Below are positions 1 to 12,242 of a stretch of 64,000 bases of DNA, in pieces. Where the stretch lies: positions 62,001 to 126,000 of the forward strand of contig JAUCBJ010002937.1 of NCBI GenBank assembly GCA_032718475.1, in the 5' to 3' direction. The position numbers and the translations under genes were made by a program. Source of the stretch: Nemertoderma westbladi. Lineage: Eukaryota; Animalia; Xenacoelomorpha. How positions within the stretch are numbered: position 1 is the first letter of the stretch; each line of letters opens with the position of its first letter. The notes beneath the pieces are model-generated. The model saw only the letters and a list, made by a program, of their open reading frames with translations, searched no databases and was not told where the DNA came from.

Positions 1-545
1 CCTCTGTTAGAGCCAGTAAGGTCAACCTCTGTTAGAGTCAGTAAGGTCAGCCTCTGTTAGAGCCAGTAACTTCAGCCTCTGTTAGAGCCAGTAAGGTCAG
101 CCTCTGTTAGAGCCAGTAAGGTCAGCCTCTGTTAGAGCCAGTAAGGTCAGCCTCTGTTAGAGCCAGTAAGGTAGCCACTGTTAGAGCCAGTAAGGTAGCC
201 ACTGTTAGAGCCAGAAAGGTAGCCACTGTTAGAGCCAGTAAGGTCAACCTCTGTTAGAGCCAGTAAGGTCAACCTCTGTTAGAGTCAGTAAGGTCAGCCT
301 CTGTTAGAGCCAGTAACTTCAGCCTCTGTTAGAGCCAGTAAGGTAAACCTCTGTTAGAGCCAGTAAGGTCAGCCTCTGTTAGAGCCAGTAAGGTAGCCAC
401 TGTTAGAGCCAGTAAGGTAGCCACTCACTGTTAGAGCCAGTAAGGTCAGCCTCTGTTAGACCCAGTAAGGTAGCCACTGTTAGAGCCAGTAAGGTCAGCC
501 TCTGTTAGAGCCAGTAAGGTCAGCATCTGTTAGAGCCAGTAAGGT
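1..545. repeat. Satellite A, 24/25-bp tandem array (block 1)
   Basis: Tandem CCTCTGTTAGAGCCAGTAAGGTCAG (25 bp) and CCACTGTTAGAGCCAGTAAGGTAG (24 bp) units, with an occasional 28-bp CCACTCACTG variant. Confidence 0.98.
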
Positions 546-1075
546 GGAAGTTGAAGTTTTGAAGTTTTTTATTAACATCGTACATAACAATAACATAACA
601 TAAACAGCAAACAGCATATTAAAAACCGGTATATGGAGATTGTCTGTTTTAAAAATAATGCAACCAACATAATATTAAATTATAGTACAGTACAATGTTA
701 GGGATAGCCCCATGAGGTTATACCTCGTTTCCATGGAGGTCCCTTTAAATTAAACGGAATTAAACAGGAATCACGTGCAGTTTAACATGCAACTAAATAA
801 AATATGGTAGACCATAGTGCAGTACCTACGTAATTAAAAAAAAAATATAACAGCAATTCGAAATATGGAAAACACTAAAAAATTAAGTTATAGATATAGC
901 AATATTTATGATGTTCCGACTGACACAAAGAAATAAAATATGGAAGACATAGTACATAATTTAAAAAAATAAAAAAAAAATAAAAAATATAAGTTCTGGT
1001 GCAGATAGAAATATAACAGAGCAAATAATTAAAATCTGGTAGACCGTAGTTCAGTTAAAAATTTAAAAAAAAAAA
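546..1075 (-). mobile_element. 5'-truncated non-LTR retrotransposon 3' UTR (L2/CR1-group-like) or derived SINE
   Basis: Flanked by AAGGT at 541-545 and 1076-1080. The minus strand ends in AATAAAAAACTTCAAAACTTCAACTTCC (polyA signal plus short tandem tail). Stem-loop at 700-744 (AGGGA...GAGGTtatACCTC...TCCCT). No ORF. Confidence 0.6.
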
Positions 1076-4000
1076 AAGGTAGCCACTGTTAGAGCCAGTA
1101 AGGTAGCCACTCACTGTTAGAGCCAGTAAGGTCAGCCTCTGTTAGAGCCAGTAAGGTAGCCACTGTTAGAGCCAGTAAGGTCAGCCTCTGTTAGAGCCAG
1201 TAAGGTAGCCACTGTTAGAGCCAGAAAGGTAGCCACTGTTAGAGCCAGTAAGGTCAGCCTCTGTTAAAGCCAATAAGGTCAGACTCTGTTAGAGCCAGTA
1301 AGGTCAACCTCTGTTAGCGTCAGTAAGGTCAGCCTCTGTTAGAGCCAGTAAGGTCAGCCTCTGTTAGAGCCAGTAACGTCAGCCTCTGTTAGAGCCAGTA
1401 AGGTCAGCCTCTGTTAGAGCCAGTAAGGTCAGCCTCTGTTAGCGTCAGTAAGGTCAGCCTCTGTTAGAGCCAGTAAGGTCAGCCTCTGTTAGAGCCAGTA
1501 ACGTCAGCCTCTGTTAGAGCCAGTAAGGTCAACCTCTGTTAGAGTCAGTAAGGTCAGCCTCTGTTAGAGCCAGTAACATCAGTCTCTGTTAGAGACAGTA
1601 AGGTCAACCTCTGTTAGAGTCAGTATGGTCAGCCTCTGTTAGAGCCAGTAAGCTCAACCTCTGTTAGAGCCAGTAACGTCAGCCTCTGTTAGAGCCAGTA
1701 AGGTCAGCCTCTGTTAGAGCCAGTAAGGTCAGCCTCTGTTAGAGCCAGTAAGGTCAGCCTCTGTTAGCGTCAGTAAGGTCAGCCTCTGTTAGAGCCAGTA
1801 ACGTCAGCCTCTGTTAGAGCCAGTAAGGTCAACCTCTGTTAGAGCCAGTAACGTCAGCCTCTGTTAGAGCCAGTAAGGTCAGCCTCTGTTAGAGCCAGTA
1901 AGGTCAGCCTCTGTTAGCGTCAGTAAGGTCAGCCTCTGTTAGAGCCAGTAACGTCAGCCTCTGTTAGAGCCAGTAAGGTCAACCTCTAGAGTCAGTAAGG
2001 TCAGCCTCTGTTAGAGCCAGTAACATCAGTCTCTGTTAGAGCCAGTAAGGTCAACCTCTGTTAGCGTCAGTAAGGTCAGCCTCTGTTAGAGCCAGTAAGG
2101 TCAGCCTCTGTTAGAGCCAGTAAGGTCAGCCTCTGTTAGCGTCAGTAAGGTCAGCCTCTGTTAGAGCCAGTAACGTCAGCCTCTGTTAGAGCCAGTAAGG
2201 TCAACCTCTGTTAGAGTCAGTAAGGTCAGCCTCTGTTAGAGCCAGTAAGGTCAGCCTCTGTTAGAGCCAGTAAGGTCAGCCTCTGTTAGCGTCAGTAAGG
2301 TCAGCCTCTGTTAGAGCCAGTAACGTCAGCCTCTGTTAGAACCAGTAAGGTCAACCTCTGTTAGAGTCAGTAAGGTCAGCCTCTGTTAGAGCCAGTAACA
2401 TCAGTCTCTGTTAGAGCCAGTAAGGTCAACCTCTGTTAGCGTCAGTAAGGTCAGCCTCTGTTAGAGCCAGTAAGGTCAGCCTCTGTTAGAGCCAGTAACG
2501 TCAGCCTCTGTTAGAGCCAGTAAGGTCAACCTCTGTTAGAGTCAGTATGGTCAGCCTCTGTTAGAGCCAGTAAGCTCAACCTCTGTTAGAGCCAGTAAGG
2601 TCAGCCTCTGTTAGAGCCAGTAAGGTAGCCAGTGTTAGAGCCATAAGGTCAGCCTCTGTTAGAGCCAGTAAGGTAGCCACTGTTAGAGCCAGTTAGGTCA
2701 GCCTCTGTTAGAGCCAATAAGGTCAGACTCTGTTAGAGCCAGTAAGGTCAACCTCTGTTAGCGTCAGTAAGGTAAGCCTCTGTTAGAGCCAGTAAGGTCA
2801 GCCTCTGTTAGAGCCAGTAACGTCAGCCTCTGTTAGAGCCAGTAAGGTCAACCTCTGTTAGAGTCAGTATGGTCAGCCTCTGTTAGAGCCAGTAAGGTCA
2901 GCCTCTGTTAGATCCAGTAACGTCAGCCTCTGTTAGAGCCAGTAAGGTCAGCCTCTGTTAGAGCCAGTAAGGTAGCCACTGTTAGAGCCAGTAAGGTAGC
3001 CACTGTTAGAGCCAGAAAGGTAGCCACTGTTAGAGCCAGTAAGGTCAGCCTCTGTTAAAGCCAATAAGGTCAGACTCTGTTAGAGCCAGTAAGGTCAACC
3101 TCTGTTAGAGTCAGTAAGGTCAGCCTCTGTTAGAGCCAGTAAGGTCAGCCTCTGTTAGAGCCAGTAACATCAGTCTCTGTTAGAGCCAGTAAGGTAGCCA
3201 CTGTTAGAGCCAGTAAGGTAGCCACTGTTAGAGCCAGTAAGGTCAGCCTCTGTTAGAGTCAGTAAGGTAGCCTCTGTTAGAGCCAGTAAGGTAGCCCTGT
3301 TAGAACCAGTAAGGTAGCCACTGTTAGAGCCAGTAAGATCAGCCTCTGTTAGAGCCAGTAACGTCAGCCTCTGTTAGAGCCAATAAGGTCAGACTCTGCT
3401 AGAGCCAGTAAGGTCAGCCTCTGTTAGAGCCAATAAGGTAGCCACTGTTAGAGCCAGTAAGGTCAACCTCTGTTAGAGTCAGTAAGGTCAGCCTCTGTTA
3501 GAGCCAGTAAGGTCAGCCTCTGTTAGAGCCAGTAACGTCAGCCTCTGTTAGAGCCAGTAAGGTGGCCACTGTTAGATTCAGTAAGGTAGCCACTGTTAGA
3601 GCCAGTAAGGTCAGCCTCTGTTAGAGCCAGTAAGGTAGCCACTGTTAGAGCCAGTAAGGTAGCCACTGTTAGAGCCAGTAAGGTAGCCTCTGTTAGAGCC
3701 AGTAAGGTCAGCCTCTGTTAGAGCCAATAAGGTCAGACTCTGTTAGAGCCGGTAAGGTCAACCTCTGTTAGAGCCAGTAAGGTCAGCCTCTGCTAGCGCC
3801 AGTAAGGTAGCTACTGTTAGAGCCAGTAAGGTAGCCACTCACTGTTTGAGCCAGTAAAGTAGCCTCTGTTAGAGCAAGTAAGGTAGCCTCTGTTAGAGCC
3901 AGTAAGGTAGCCTCTGTTAGAGCCAGTAAGGTAGCCACTGTTAGAGCCAGTAAGGTAGCCACTGTTAGAGCCAGTAAGGTAGCCTCTGTTAGAGCCAGTA

Positions 4001-4916
4001 AGGTCAGCCTCTGTTAGAGCCAGTAAGGTAGCCACTGTTAGAGCCACTAAGGTCAGCCTCTGTTAGAACCAGTAAGGTAGCCTCTGTTAGAGCCAGTAAG
4101 GTAGCCACTGTTAGAGCCAGTAAGGTCAGCCTCTGATAGAGCCAGAAACGTCAGCCTCTGTTAAAGCCAATAAGGTCAGACTCTGTTAGAGCCAGTAAGG
4201 TCAATCTCTGTTAGAGCCAGTAAGGTCAACCTCTGTTAGAGTCAGTAAGGTCAGCCTCTGTTAGAGCCAGTAACGTCAGCCTCTGTTAGAGCCAGTAAGG
4301 TAGCCTCTGTTAGAGCCAGTAAGGTCAGCCTCTGTTAGAGCCAGTAAGGTAGCCACTGTTAGAGCCACTAAGGTCAGCCTCTGTTAGAACCAGTAAGGTA
4401 GCCTCTGTTAGAGCCAGTAAGGTAGCCACTGTTAGAGCCAGTAAGGTCAGCCTCTGATAGAGCCAGAAACGTCAGCCTCTGTTAAAGCCAATAAGGTCAG
4501 ACTCTGTTAGAGCCAGTAAGGTCAATCTCTGTTAGAGTCAGTAAGGTCAGCCTCTGTTAGAGCCAGTAAGGTCAGCCTCTGTTAGAGCCAGTAAGGTAGA
4601 CACTGTTAGAGCCAGTAAGGTAGCCACTGTTAGAGCCAGTAAGGTCAGCCTCTGTTAAAGCCAATAAGGTCAGACTCTGTTAGAGCCAGTAAGGTCAGCC
4701 TCTGTGAGAGCCAGTAAGGTAGCCACTGTTAGAGCCAGTAAGGTAGCCACTGTTAGAGCCAGTAAGGTCAGCCTCTGTTAAAGCCAATAAGGTCAGACTC
4801 TGTTAGATCCAGTAAGGTCAACCTCTGTTAGAGTCAGTAAGGTCAGCCTCTGTTAGAGCCAGTAAGGTCAGCCTCTGTTATAGCCAGTAACGTCAGCCTC
4901 TGTTAGATCCAGTAAG
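1076..4916. repeat. Satellite A (block 2)
   Basis: Same 24/25-bp monomers with recurrent point variants. Confidence 0.98.
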
Positions 4917-5003
4917 CAACCGAGGGTGGACTCTCTATAGCCGAGGGGCACTTATATAATAACTAATAATCACGAACCCCATCCTCTTATAATATATAAC
5001 TCT

Positions 5004-5062
5004 GTAGTAGTCAGTAGCAGTAGTAGTAATAGTAGTAGTAGTAGTAGTATAAGTAGTAAGTA
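5004..5062. repeat. Imperfect (AGT)n microsatellite inside the 2.8-kb insertion
   Basis: gtagtagtcagtagcagtagtagtaatagtagtagtagtagtagtataagtagtaagt. Confidence 0.85.
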
Positions 5063-6199
5063 ACAGTAAAGGAGATCGGTTTAAACCAAAGTGATAAAGT
5101 AACATTATTATATAACATAATCATATAGACAAAGTAGAATAAGATACAGATTCATAATTATTTTATCAAACTCATGTACTACTTACTTCAATGTGCCAAT
5201 TGTAATAATAATTAAACATATTATTCCGATTAATCTGCGTTTGGCCCTATAAGATATTATACTGAAGTGTTTTATATCAATATATCCATGCGAGTAAACA
5301 AGAAGTGATGTAAATGTTTATTATTGTAGTTTTAGAAATTTAATGATATACCCAAGATAGTGAAATAGATAATATACAAGAAATTGCCATTTGATCAGAT
5401 ATATCAAAGCGGCGTCTTTAGTATAATACCGCAATAGTATTAATTAACTCTGTTATACAATGTAAATATACTAAATCTATTTATAATATTATGAGCCCTA
5501 CACTGTATATTTCTCCTACAGGTAGACAATGTAGTATGTTAAAACTTGATATATTTTGGTATAATGTATAACATATTACAAATAAGACTGAGGCAGCTAA
5601 ACTATATTGCAAAGAAATCAAATATCCTAAAGTAATATACTAGACCCTCCCTCCACCCTATAAATAGTGTTCACCACCTACCCCACCCACCGCCCTTATT
5701 ACTTCATAATAATGAAAGATAGTACTGGCGCTCCGGTCACTCCGTTCCCTCCGCTGGGGGGGTTAAGTTGTAGGTTTTGATACTATGCAAAATCCGAGCA
5801 CAGAGTTTGAAGCGCATTGGATAGGCGAACATTTCTTGCAGTGAAAGTATTTCCATACCTATTATATTTTTCGAGATAGTCAGACATGAGTAGCTAAAAT
5901 TTGAATTTTTTTCGGTAAAGTCTGATTTCACCGGTACCTGTCATCCGAAATATGGATTGTGATATATCGTTAGATGCGGGTCCAATAACTGTACATTCAC
6001 ATATTTTCAAGGAAAAAATTCGATCAAGGGTTTTCGAAATATTTTCGAATTACCGGAAGCAGACTTTGGACGACAATATCTCCGGTACCGGTAGGCCTAT
6101 TGAGTCGAAATTTTTTTTAATCTACTTAGAACACTCCAGTGAATGTTTTATAGTTTGAAGGTTTTGCCCCAAAATGCTCAGAAGTAATTACGAAAAAAC

Positions 6200-7250
6200 T
6201 GATCATTTTGCGATCATGATCTTTTGACCCCCTAGAATTGAACTTTTTTATGGTCAAATTTTGGCTACCCCCCCTAATTCGAGGGTGAGGAATCTTTTTG
6301 TAATGTTAAGTTTTTTCATACGGTGAACTCACAGGACTTGGTCTTCGAAATAAAACCGAAAACATGATCTTTCCTGATCATGGCCTGATCAAATCGCTTT
6401 TTGAAAATTTCGAAATGCCCAAAAGTTACCCCTTCTGAATAGAAGTCGATTAGTAAAAAAAAAATCGGGGGTCTCAAACAAAGTTTTCGAGAAAATCGGG
6501 AAAAACCGAAAAACATGATCTTTTATGATCAGGAAGCTGATCTCGAGAACCGTTTGACCGATCGAGCCAATTTTTTTTTAATCAACTCAGAATAAACCAT
6601 TGAACATTTCTTACAATGAATGTTTATTAGAAAAATGCTTAGATTCGATTTTAAATATACTGATCTTTTCGCGATCATGATCTTGAGTTTTGACCCACTA
6701 GACTTGAACTTTTTTATGCCCAAATTTTGGCTACCCCCCATAATTCGAGGGTGAGGAATCTTTTTGTGATGTTAAGTTTTTCCATACGGTGAACACCCAG
6801 GACTTGGTCTTCGAAATAAAACCGAAAACACGATCTTTTCTGATCGCGGCCTGATCAAATCGCTTTTTGAAAATTTCGAAATGCTCAAAAGTTGCCCCTT
6901 CATCATAGAAGCTCATTCGTAAAAAAAAAATCGGGGGTCTCAAACAAAGTTTTCGAGAAAATCAGAAAAAACTAAAAAATCTGATCTTTAATGATCAGGT
7001 ATCAGATCTCGAGAACCGATTGTCCGATCGAGCCAATTTTTTTTTTAATCGAGTCAGGGCGGTGTTCTGAACGTTTCCTACAGTAATTGTTTATATCCAA
7101 AATGCTTAGTTACGATTTTACGAAGTCCGATCTTTGCGCGATCATGATCTTGCGTTTTGACCGGGAAGAATTCAATTTTTTTTAAATCTTTTAACGGGAA
7201 TCATGACTAATGTGGGGTCGCTGAATCTTTTTGTAATGTTAAGTTTTTCG
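6200..7250. repeat. ~465-bp diverged internal tandem repeat (about 2.3 copies), GATC/TGATCA-rich
   Basis: The motif GATC(A/T)TTT..GCGATCATGATCTT recurs near 6201, 6662 and 7130. AATTCGAGGGTGAGGAATCTTTTTG and GATCTCGAGAACCG each occur twice at matching offsets. Confidence 0.85.
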
Positions 7251-7707
7251 ATTGGAGCAAGCCTTGAGTGTCCGATCCATGATCAAAACTGATCTTTGCT
7301 GATCATGGTCAAGATCATGATCTGATCGCTCCAAAAAAAGTTTTTTTGAATGTAAACCCTATGCTGCCTATCGATTGGCGCCGGTCTCAAGTCCGTAGCA
7401 TTAGCGGTTCTGGAGATTCCTGCATAGCAACGCGGTTGCTAGGGAAGCGGACTTTTTGACTCAAATTGGCCCTAGCCGGAGAACCGTAGACTTTTTTAAC
7501 ACATTATGTTTGGCGAAAAGTTGTCTGGATAAATTTTGGGGGGGGGTCTAGGAACATCCTATTGTTCGTTTTCGCTTAGTTGCTGAGATCCTCTCGTCCC
7601 CCAAATCCCAGGATTCTATAAAGGCATTCTGCTGGACTAGTTCCGCGGCCGGAATAGTGTTCGGTGTTCTGCGAACAGAGAACCTAATCGGTTTAGGGCC
7701 CTGACCG

Positions 7708-10270
7708 TCCAGTAAGGTCAGCCTCTGTTAGAGCCAATAAGGTAGCCACTGTTAGAGCCAGTAAGGTCAGCCTCTGTTAGAGCCAGTAAGCTCAACCTCT
7801 GTTAGAGCCAGTAAGGTAGCCACTGTTAGAGCCAGTAAGGTAGCCACTGTTAGAGCCAGTAAGGTCAGCCTCTGTTAGAGCCAATAAGTAGCCACTGTTA
7901 GAGCCAGTAAGGTCAACCTCTGTTAGAGCAAGTAAGGTCAGCCTCTGTTAGAGCCAATAAGGTCAGCCTCTGTTAAAGCCAATAAGGTCAGACTCTGTTA
8001 GAACCAGTAAGGTCAGCCTCTGTTAGAGCCAGTAACGTCAGCCTCTGTTAGAGCCAGTAAGGTCAGCCTCTGTTAGAGCCAGTAAGGTAGCCACTCACTG
8101 TTAGAGCCAGTAAGGTCAACCTCTGTTAGAGCCAGTAAGGTAGCCACTGTTAGAGCCAGTAAGGTAGCCTCTGTTAGAGCCAGTAAGGTAGCCACTGTTA
8201 GAGCCAGTAAGGTCAGCCTCTGTTAGAGCCAGTAAGGTAGCCACTGTTAGAGCCAGAAAGGTAGCCACTGTTAGAGCCAGTAAGGTCAGCCTCTGTTAAA
8301 GTCAATAAGGTCAGACTCTGTTAGAGCCAGTAAGGTCAACATCTGTTAGAGTCAGTAAGGTCAGCCTCTGTTAGAGCCAGTAAGGTCAGCCTCTGTTAGA
8401 GCCAGTAACATCAGCCTCTGTTAGAGCCAGTAAGGTCAACCTCTGTTAGAGCAAGTAAGGTCAGCCTCTGTTAAAGCCAATAAGGTCAGACTCTGTTAGA
8501 GCCAGTAAGGTCAGCCTCTGTTAGAGCCAGTAATTTCAGCCTCTGTTAGAGCCAGTAAGGTAAACCTCTGTTAGAGCCAGTTAGGTAGCCACTGTTAGAG
8601 CCAACAAGGTCAGACTCTGTTAGAGCCAGTAAGGTAGCCACTGTTAGAGCCAGTAAGGTAGCCACTCACTGTTAGAGCCAGTAAGGTCAGCCTCTGTTAG
8701 AGCCAGTAAGGTAGCCACTGTTAGAGCCAGTAAGGTCAGCCTCTGTTAGAGCCAGTAAGGTAGCCACTGTTAGAGCCAGAAAGGTAGCCACTGTTAGAGC
8801 CAGTAAGGTCAGCCTCTGTTAAAGCCAATAAGGTCAGACTCTGTTAGAGCCAGTAAGGTCAACCTCTGTTAGCGTCAGTAACGTCAGCCTCTGTTAGAGC
8901 CAGTAAGGTCAGCCTCTGTTAGAGCCAGTAAGGTAGCCACTGTTAGAGCCAGTAAGGTCAGCCTCTGTTAGAGCCATTAAGGTAGCCACTGTTAGAGCCA
9001 GAAAGGTAGCCACTGTTAGAGCCAGTAAGGTCAGCCTCTGTTAAAGCCAATAAGGTCAGACTCTGTTAGAGCCAGTAAGGTCAACCTCTGTTAGCGTCAG
9101 TAAGGTCAGCCTCTGTTAGAGCCAGTAAGGTCAGCCTCTGTTAGAGCCAGTAACGTCAGCCTCTGTTAGAGGCAGTAAGGTCAACCTCTGTTAGAGTCAG
9201 TATGGTCAGCCTCTGTTAGAGTCAGTAAGGTAGCCACTGTTAGAGCCAGTAAGGTAGCCACTGTTAGAGCCAGTAATGTAGCCACTGTTAGAGCCAGTAA
9301 GGTCAGCCACTGGTAGAGCCAGTAAGGTAGCCACTGTTAGAGCCAGTAAGGTCAGCCTCTGTTAGAGCCAATAAGGTCAGCCTCTGTTAAAGCCAATAAG
9401 GTCAGACTCTGTTAGAGCCAGTAAGGTCAGCCTCTGTTAGAGCCAGTAACTTCAGCCTCTGTTAGAGCCAGTAAGGTAAACCTCTGTTAGAGCCAGTAAG
9501 GTCAGCCTCTGTTAGAGCCAGTAAGGTAGCCACTGTTAGAGCCAGTAAGGTAGCCACTCACTGTTAGAGCCAGTAAGGTCAGCCTCTGTTAGAGCCAGTA
9601 AGGTAGCCACTGTTAGAGCCAGTAAGGTCAGCCTCTATTAGAGCCAGTAAGGTAGCCACTGTTAGAGCCAGAAAGGTAGCCACTGTTAGAGCCAGTAAGG
9701 TCAGCCTCTGTTAAAGCCAATAAGGTCAGACTCTGTTAGAGCCAGTAAGGTCAACCTCTGTTAGCGTCAGTAAGGTCAGCCTCTGTTAGAGCCAGTAAGG
9801 TCAGCCTCTGTTAGAGCCAGTAACGTCAGCCTCTGTTAGAGCCAATAAGGTCAACCTCTGTTAGAGTCAGTATGGTCAGCCTCTGTTAGAGCCAGTAAGG
9901 TCAGTCTCTGTTAGAGCCAGTAACGTCAGCCTCTGTTAGAGCCAGTAAGGTCAGCCTCTGTTAGAGCCAGTAAGGTAGCCACTGTTAGAGCCAGTAAGGT
10001 AGCCACTGTTAGAGCCAGAAAGGTAGCCACTGTTAGAGCCAGTAAGGTCAGCTTCTGTTAAAGCCAATAAGGTCAGACTCTGTTAGAGCCAGTAAGGTTA
10101 ACCTCTGTTAGAGTCAGTAAGGTCAGCCTCTGTTAGAGCCAGTAAGGTCAGCCTCTGTTAGAGCCAGTAACATCAGCCTCTGTTAGAGCCAGTAAGGTCA
10201 ACCTCTGTTAGAGCAAGTAAGGTCAGCCTCTGTTAGAGCCAATAAGGTCAGCCTCTGTTAAAGCCAATAA
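7708..10270. repeat. Satellite A (block 3)
   Basis: Same monomers. Confidence 0.98.
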
Positions 10271-10312
10271 CTACTACTACTAGGATCGGCATGCTGCATT
10301 GCAGCTGCATTT

Positions 10313-11216
10313 TTAGGAATGCTGTGCCGGCTTGTCAACAAAATTGCACCGCCACAACTCCCTATCACCCATGCAATTTGCTAGATCATCCGCATCTTTA
10401 AGGCCTGTGTCCTTTAAGATGCGTCTCAAGAAAGTCATGGGCTGTCCACCATGCTTATTCACTCCGTGAGGCTGCCAAAATACAAGATTATGCACTGGCT
10501 GGTCCTCACGGCGAAAGCAATGTCCTGCAAAGCGGAGGCGATTTTGTTCTAGTGTCAAGCTTGGGGGAACCAATGAGACACCTCCAATGTTATATAGTGT
10601 CTGGTTGGAGATGTGTGCATTGTACTTGACACAATGAACCCGGCGTAGCATTCTTGTGAATGCGCCATCCAGAGATTTGGTGTCCTCAGCAGTTAGAGCC
10701 CAGCATTGACTCCCGTAGAGGAGTACTGGAACTACTGCTGCTCTAAATAATCGGACCTTAAGTTTCCGATTAATTCTCGGTGACTTCCAAATCCTGGAAA
10801 GCCTATTCAAGGCTGCCCATGCCTTTCCCTTACGTATTCGAAGGTCCTCACCTGACTTCCGGATCCATGATCCCAGGTAACAGAAGTCGTCCACATGCTC
10901 AAGCATACCATCCTTTGAGCTTATGCTCATCCGATCAGAGATTTGCTGAGGACTTTCAAAGTTAACTGTCATAATTTTGGTCTTTCTGGAGTTAATAAAA
11001 AGACCAACACTAGAAGCAGCATGTTCTAATGAGCTGAGGAGCCGTTGGGCTCCCTCTAATGATTCTGAGAGTACTCCTAAGTCATCAGCAAAGTCTAGAT
11101 CAGTTAGGTACTTGCCAGGATTTCCTCGACTTCTGGAGCCAGTAGGTGGAGTTATCATTACCCCATCATCATTATGATGATCTAAGGACGTGCGTAGAAC
11201 ATAGTCAACCACAATA
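10313..11216 (-). pseudogene. RTE ORF piece 3: RT catalytic region and C-terminus
   Basis: IVVDYVLR...LTDLDFADDL...FCYLGS...VLLYGSQCW...RLRFAGHCFRR are typical RTE RT and C-terminal motifs. Confidence 0.92.
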
Positions 11217-11717
11217 TAACGGTACTCTAATTTATTCTGAAAATGATAAATGTAAATGTTTATTGGAGCAGTATTCTTCTGTAGGAGTTTCCGACAATGG
11301 TTTATGTCCATCTCTAGATAAGTTAACTGATTGCACCTTTTCTAATATTGAATTTAACACAAATAAGGTTTTGAAGGCAATGTGTAAATTACAACTTAAA
11401 TATAGCCACTGTCCTAATGGTGTTCCTGTAGCTGTGCTAAAGATTTTAAGAAATGAACTTGCTATGCCACTCGCACACATTTTTAAGTTATCTGTTACGA
11501 CTGGTCAGGTACCCTCAATGTGGAAATGTGCTGACGTAATACCTTGCTATAAGAAAGGAGACCGTTCACTGGGTGAAAACTATAGACCTATATCACTTAC
11601 TTCGTCAGTGTGTAGATTATTCGAACGTTTGTTAGTATCAGAAGTTATTGATTATCTGTGCAATAATAAACTACTTTCCCCAGTTCAATACGGTTTTCTT
11701 AGTAAACGTAGTGCTGT

Positions 11718-11813
11718 GGGGCGAGCCACGAAGTTGGCGGAGCCTTAGCGAATTGACACTGTTAGGGGGTGTGTAAATTTATGCAAATAGTTGTCGTCGT
11801 CATCGTCGTCGTT

Positions 11814-11855
<42 letters not shown>

Positions 11856-12242
11856 GTCGTCGTTACGATTTTGACATGCTAATAACTTTGTCGGATTTAA
11901 AGCTGCCAAGTTGAAAATTTGTAGATATCAATATGAGCAAAAGTTGAGATTTTTGAGAGACTTTCAGACACCATCAGTGCAATGGTCTCCCGCTAGAGGG
12001 CCACATGTCTAAACATTAAATGCCCTCCCATTTCTTTGCTTTTAATCCGTTTAAGCTGAAACTTGGCAGATATGTATTAGACCATTAGCTGTGACTTTCA
12101 AAGGAGGCGAATCCATCTGCAGTTCTCCAGTCTGCCGCTAGAGGGCCAACGTGACTATTTGCATAAATTGACCTACCCCCTAACCGTGTCAATTCGCTAA
12201 GGCTCTGCCAACTTCGTGCTGCGCGAAGTCCCCACTTCGTGT
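11718..12242 (+). mobile_element. Non-autonomous Helentron-like (HINE/DINE-1-type) element
   Basis: ~44-bp asymmetric subterminal inverted repeats (11727-11770 and 12175-12218), internal (GTC)n microsatellite and 3' hairpin CGAAGT-CCCC-ACTTCG. It can be read as inserted between T and T with no TSD. Confidence 0.7.
11793..11863. repeat. (GTC)n microsatellite
   Basis: About 23 GTC-like triplets. Confidence 0.95.

Larger units (their letters stand above)
4917..7707. mobile_element. Unclassified non-autonomous insertion with 9-bp TSD (TCCAGTAAG) and no obvious TIR
   Basis: TCCAGTAAG at 4908-4916 and 7708-7716, including a T that is a rare satellite variant (GATCC instead of GAGCC). No long ORF. 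Contains an (AGT)n tract and ~465-bp internal repeats. Confidence 0.8.

Noticed and set aside
3817-4047. LTGSNRGY / LLALTEAT repeat ORFs (also 32048-32321)
   Set aside because: These are translations of runs of 24-bp satellite monomers.
5737-6943. Short ORFs (64-70 aa) in the 2.8-kb insertion as transposase remnants
   Set aside because: No DDE or other recognisable motifs. Their mutual similarity comes from the internal DNA repeat.
10313-11748. Overlapping antisense ORFs 10313-11311(-) and 11146-11748(+) as real genes
   Set aside because: Their N-termini are read-through across the RTE/CR1 junction at about 11216. Each is a TE fragment.
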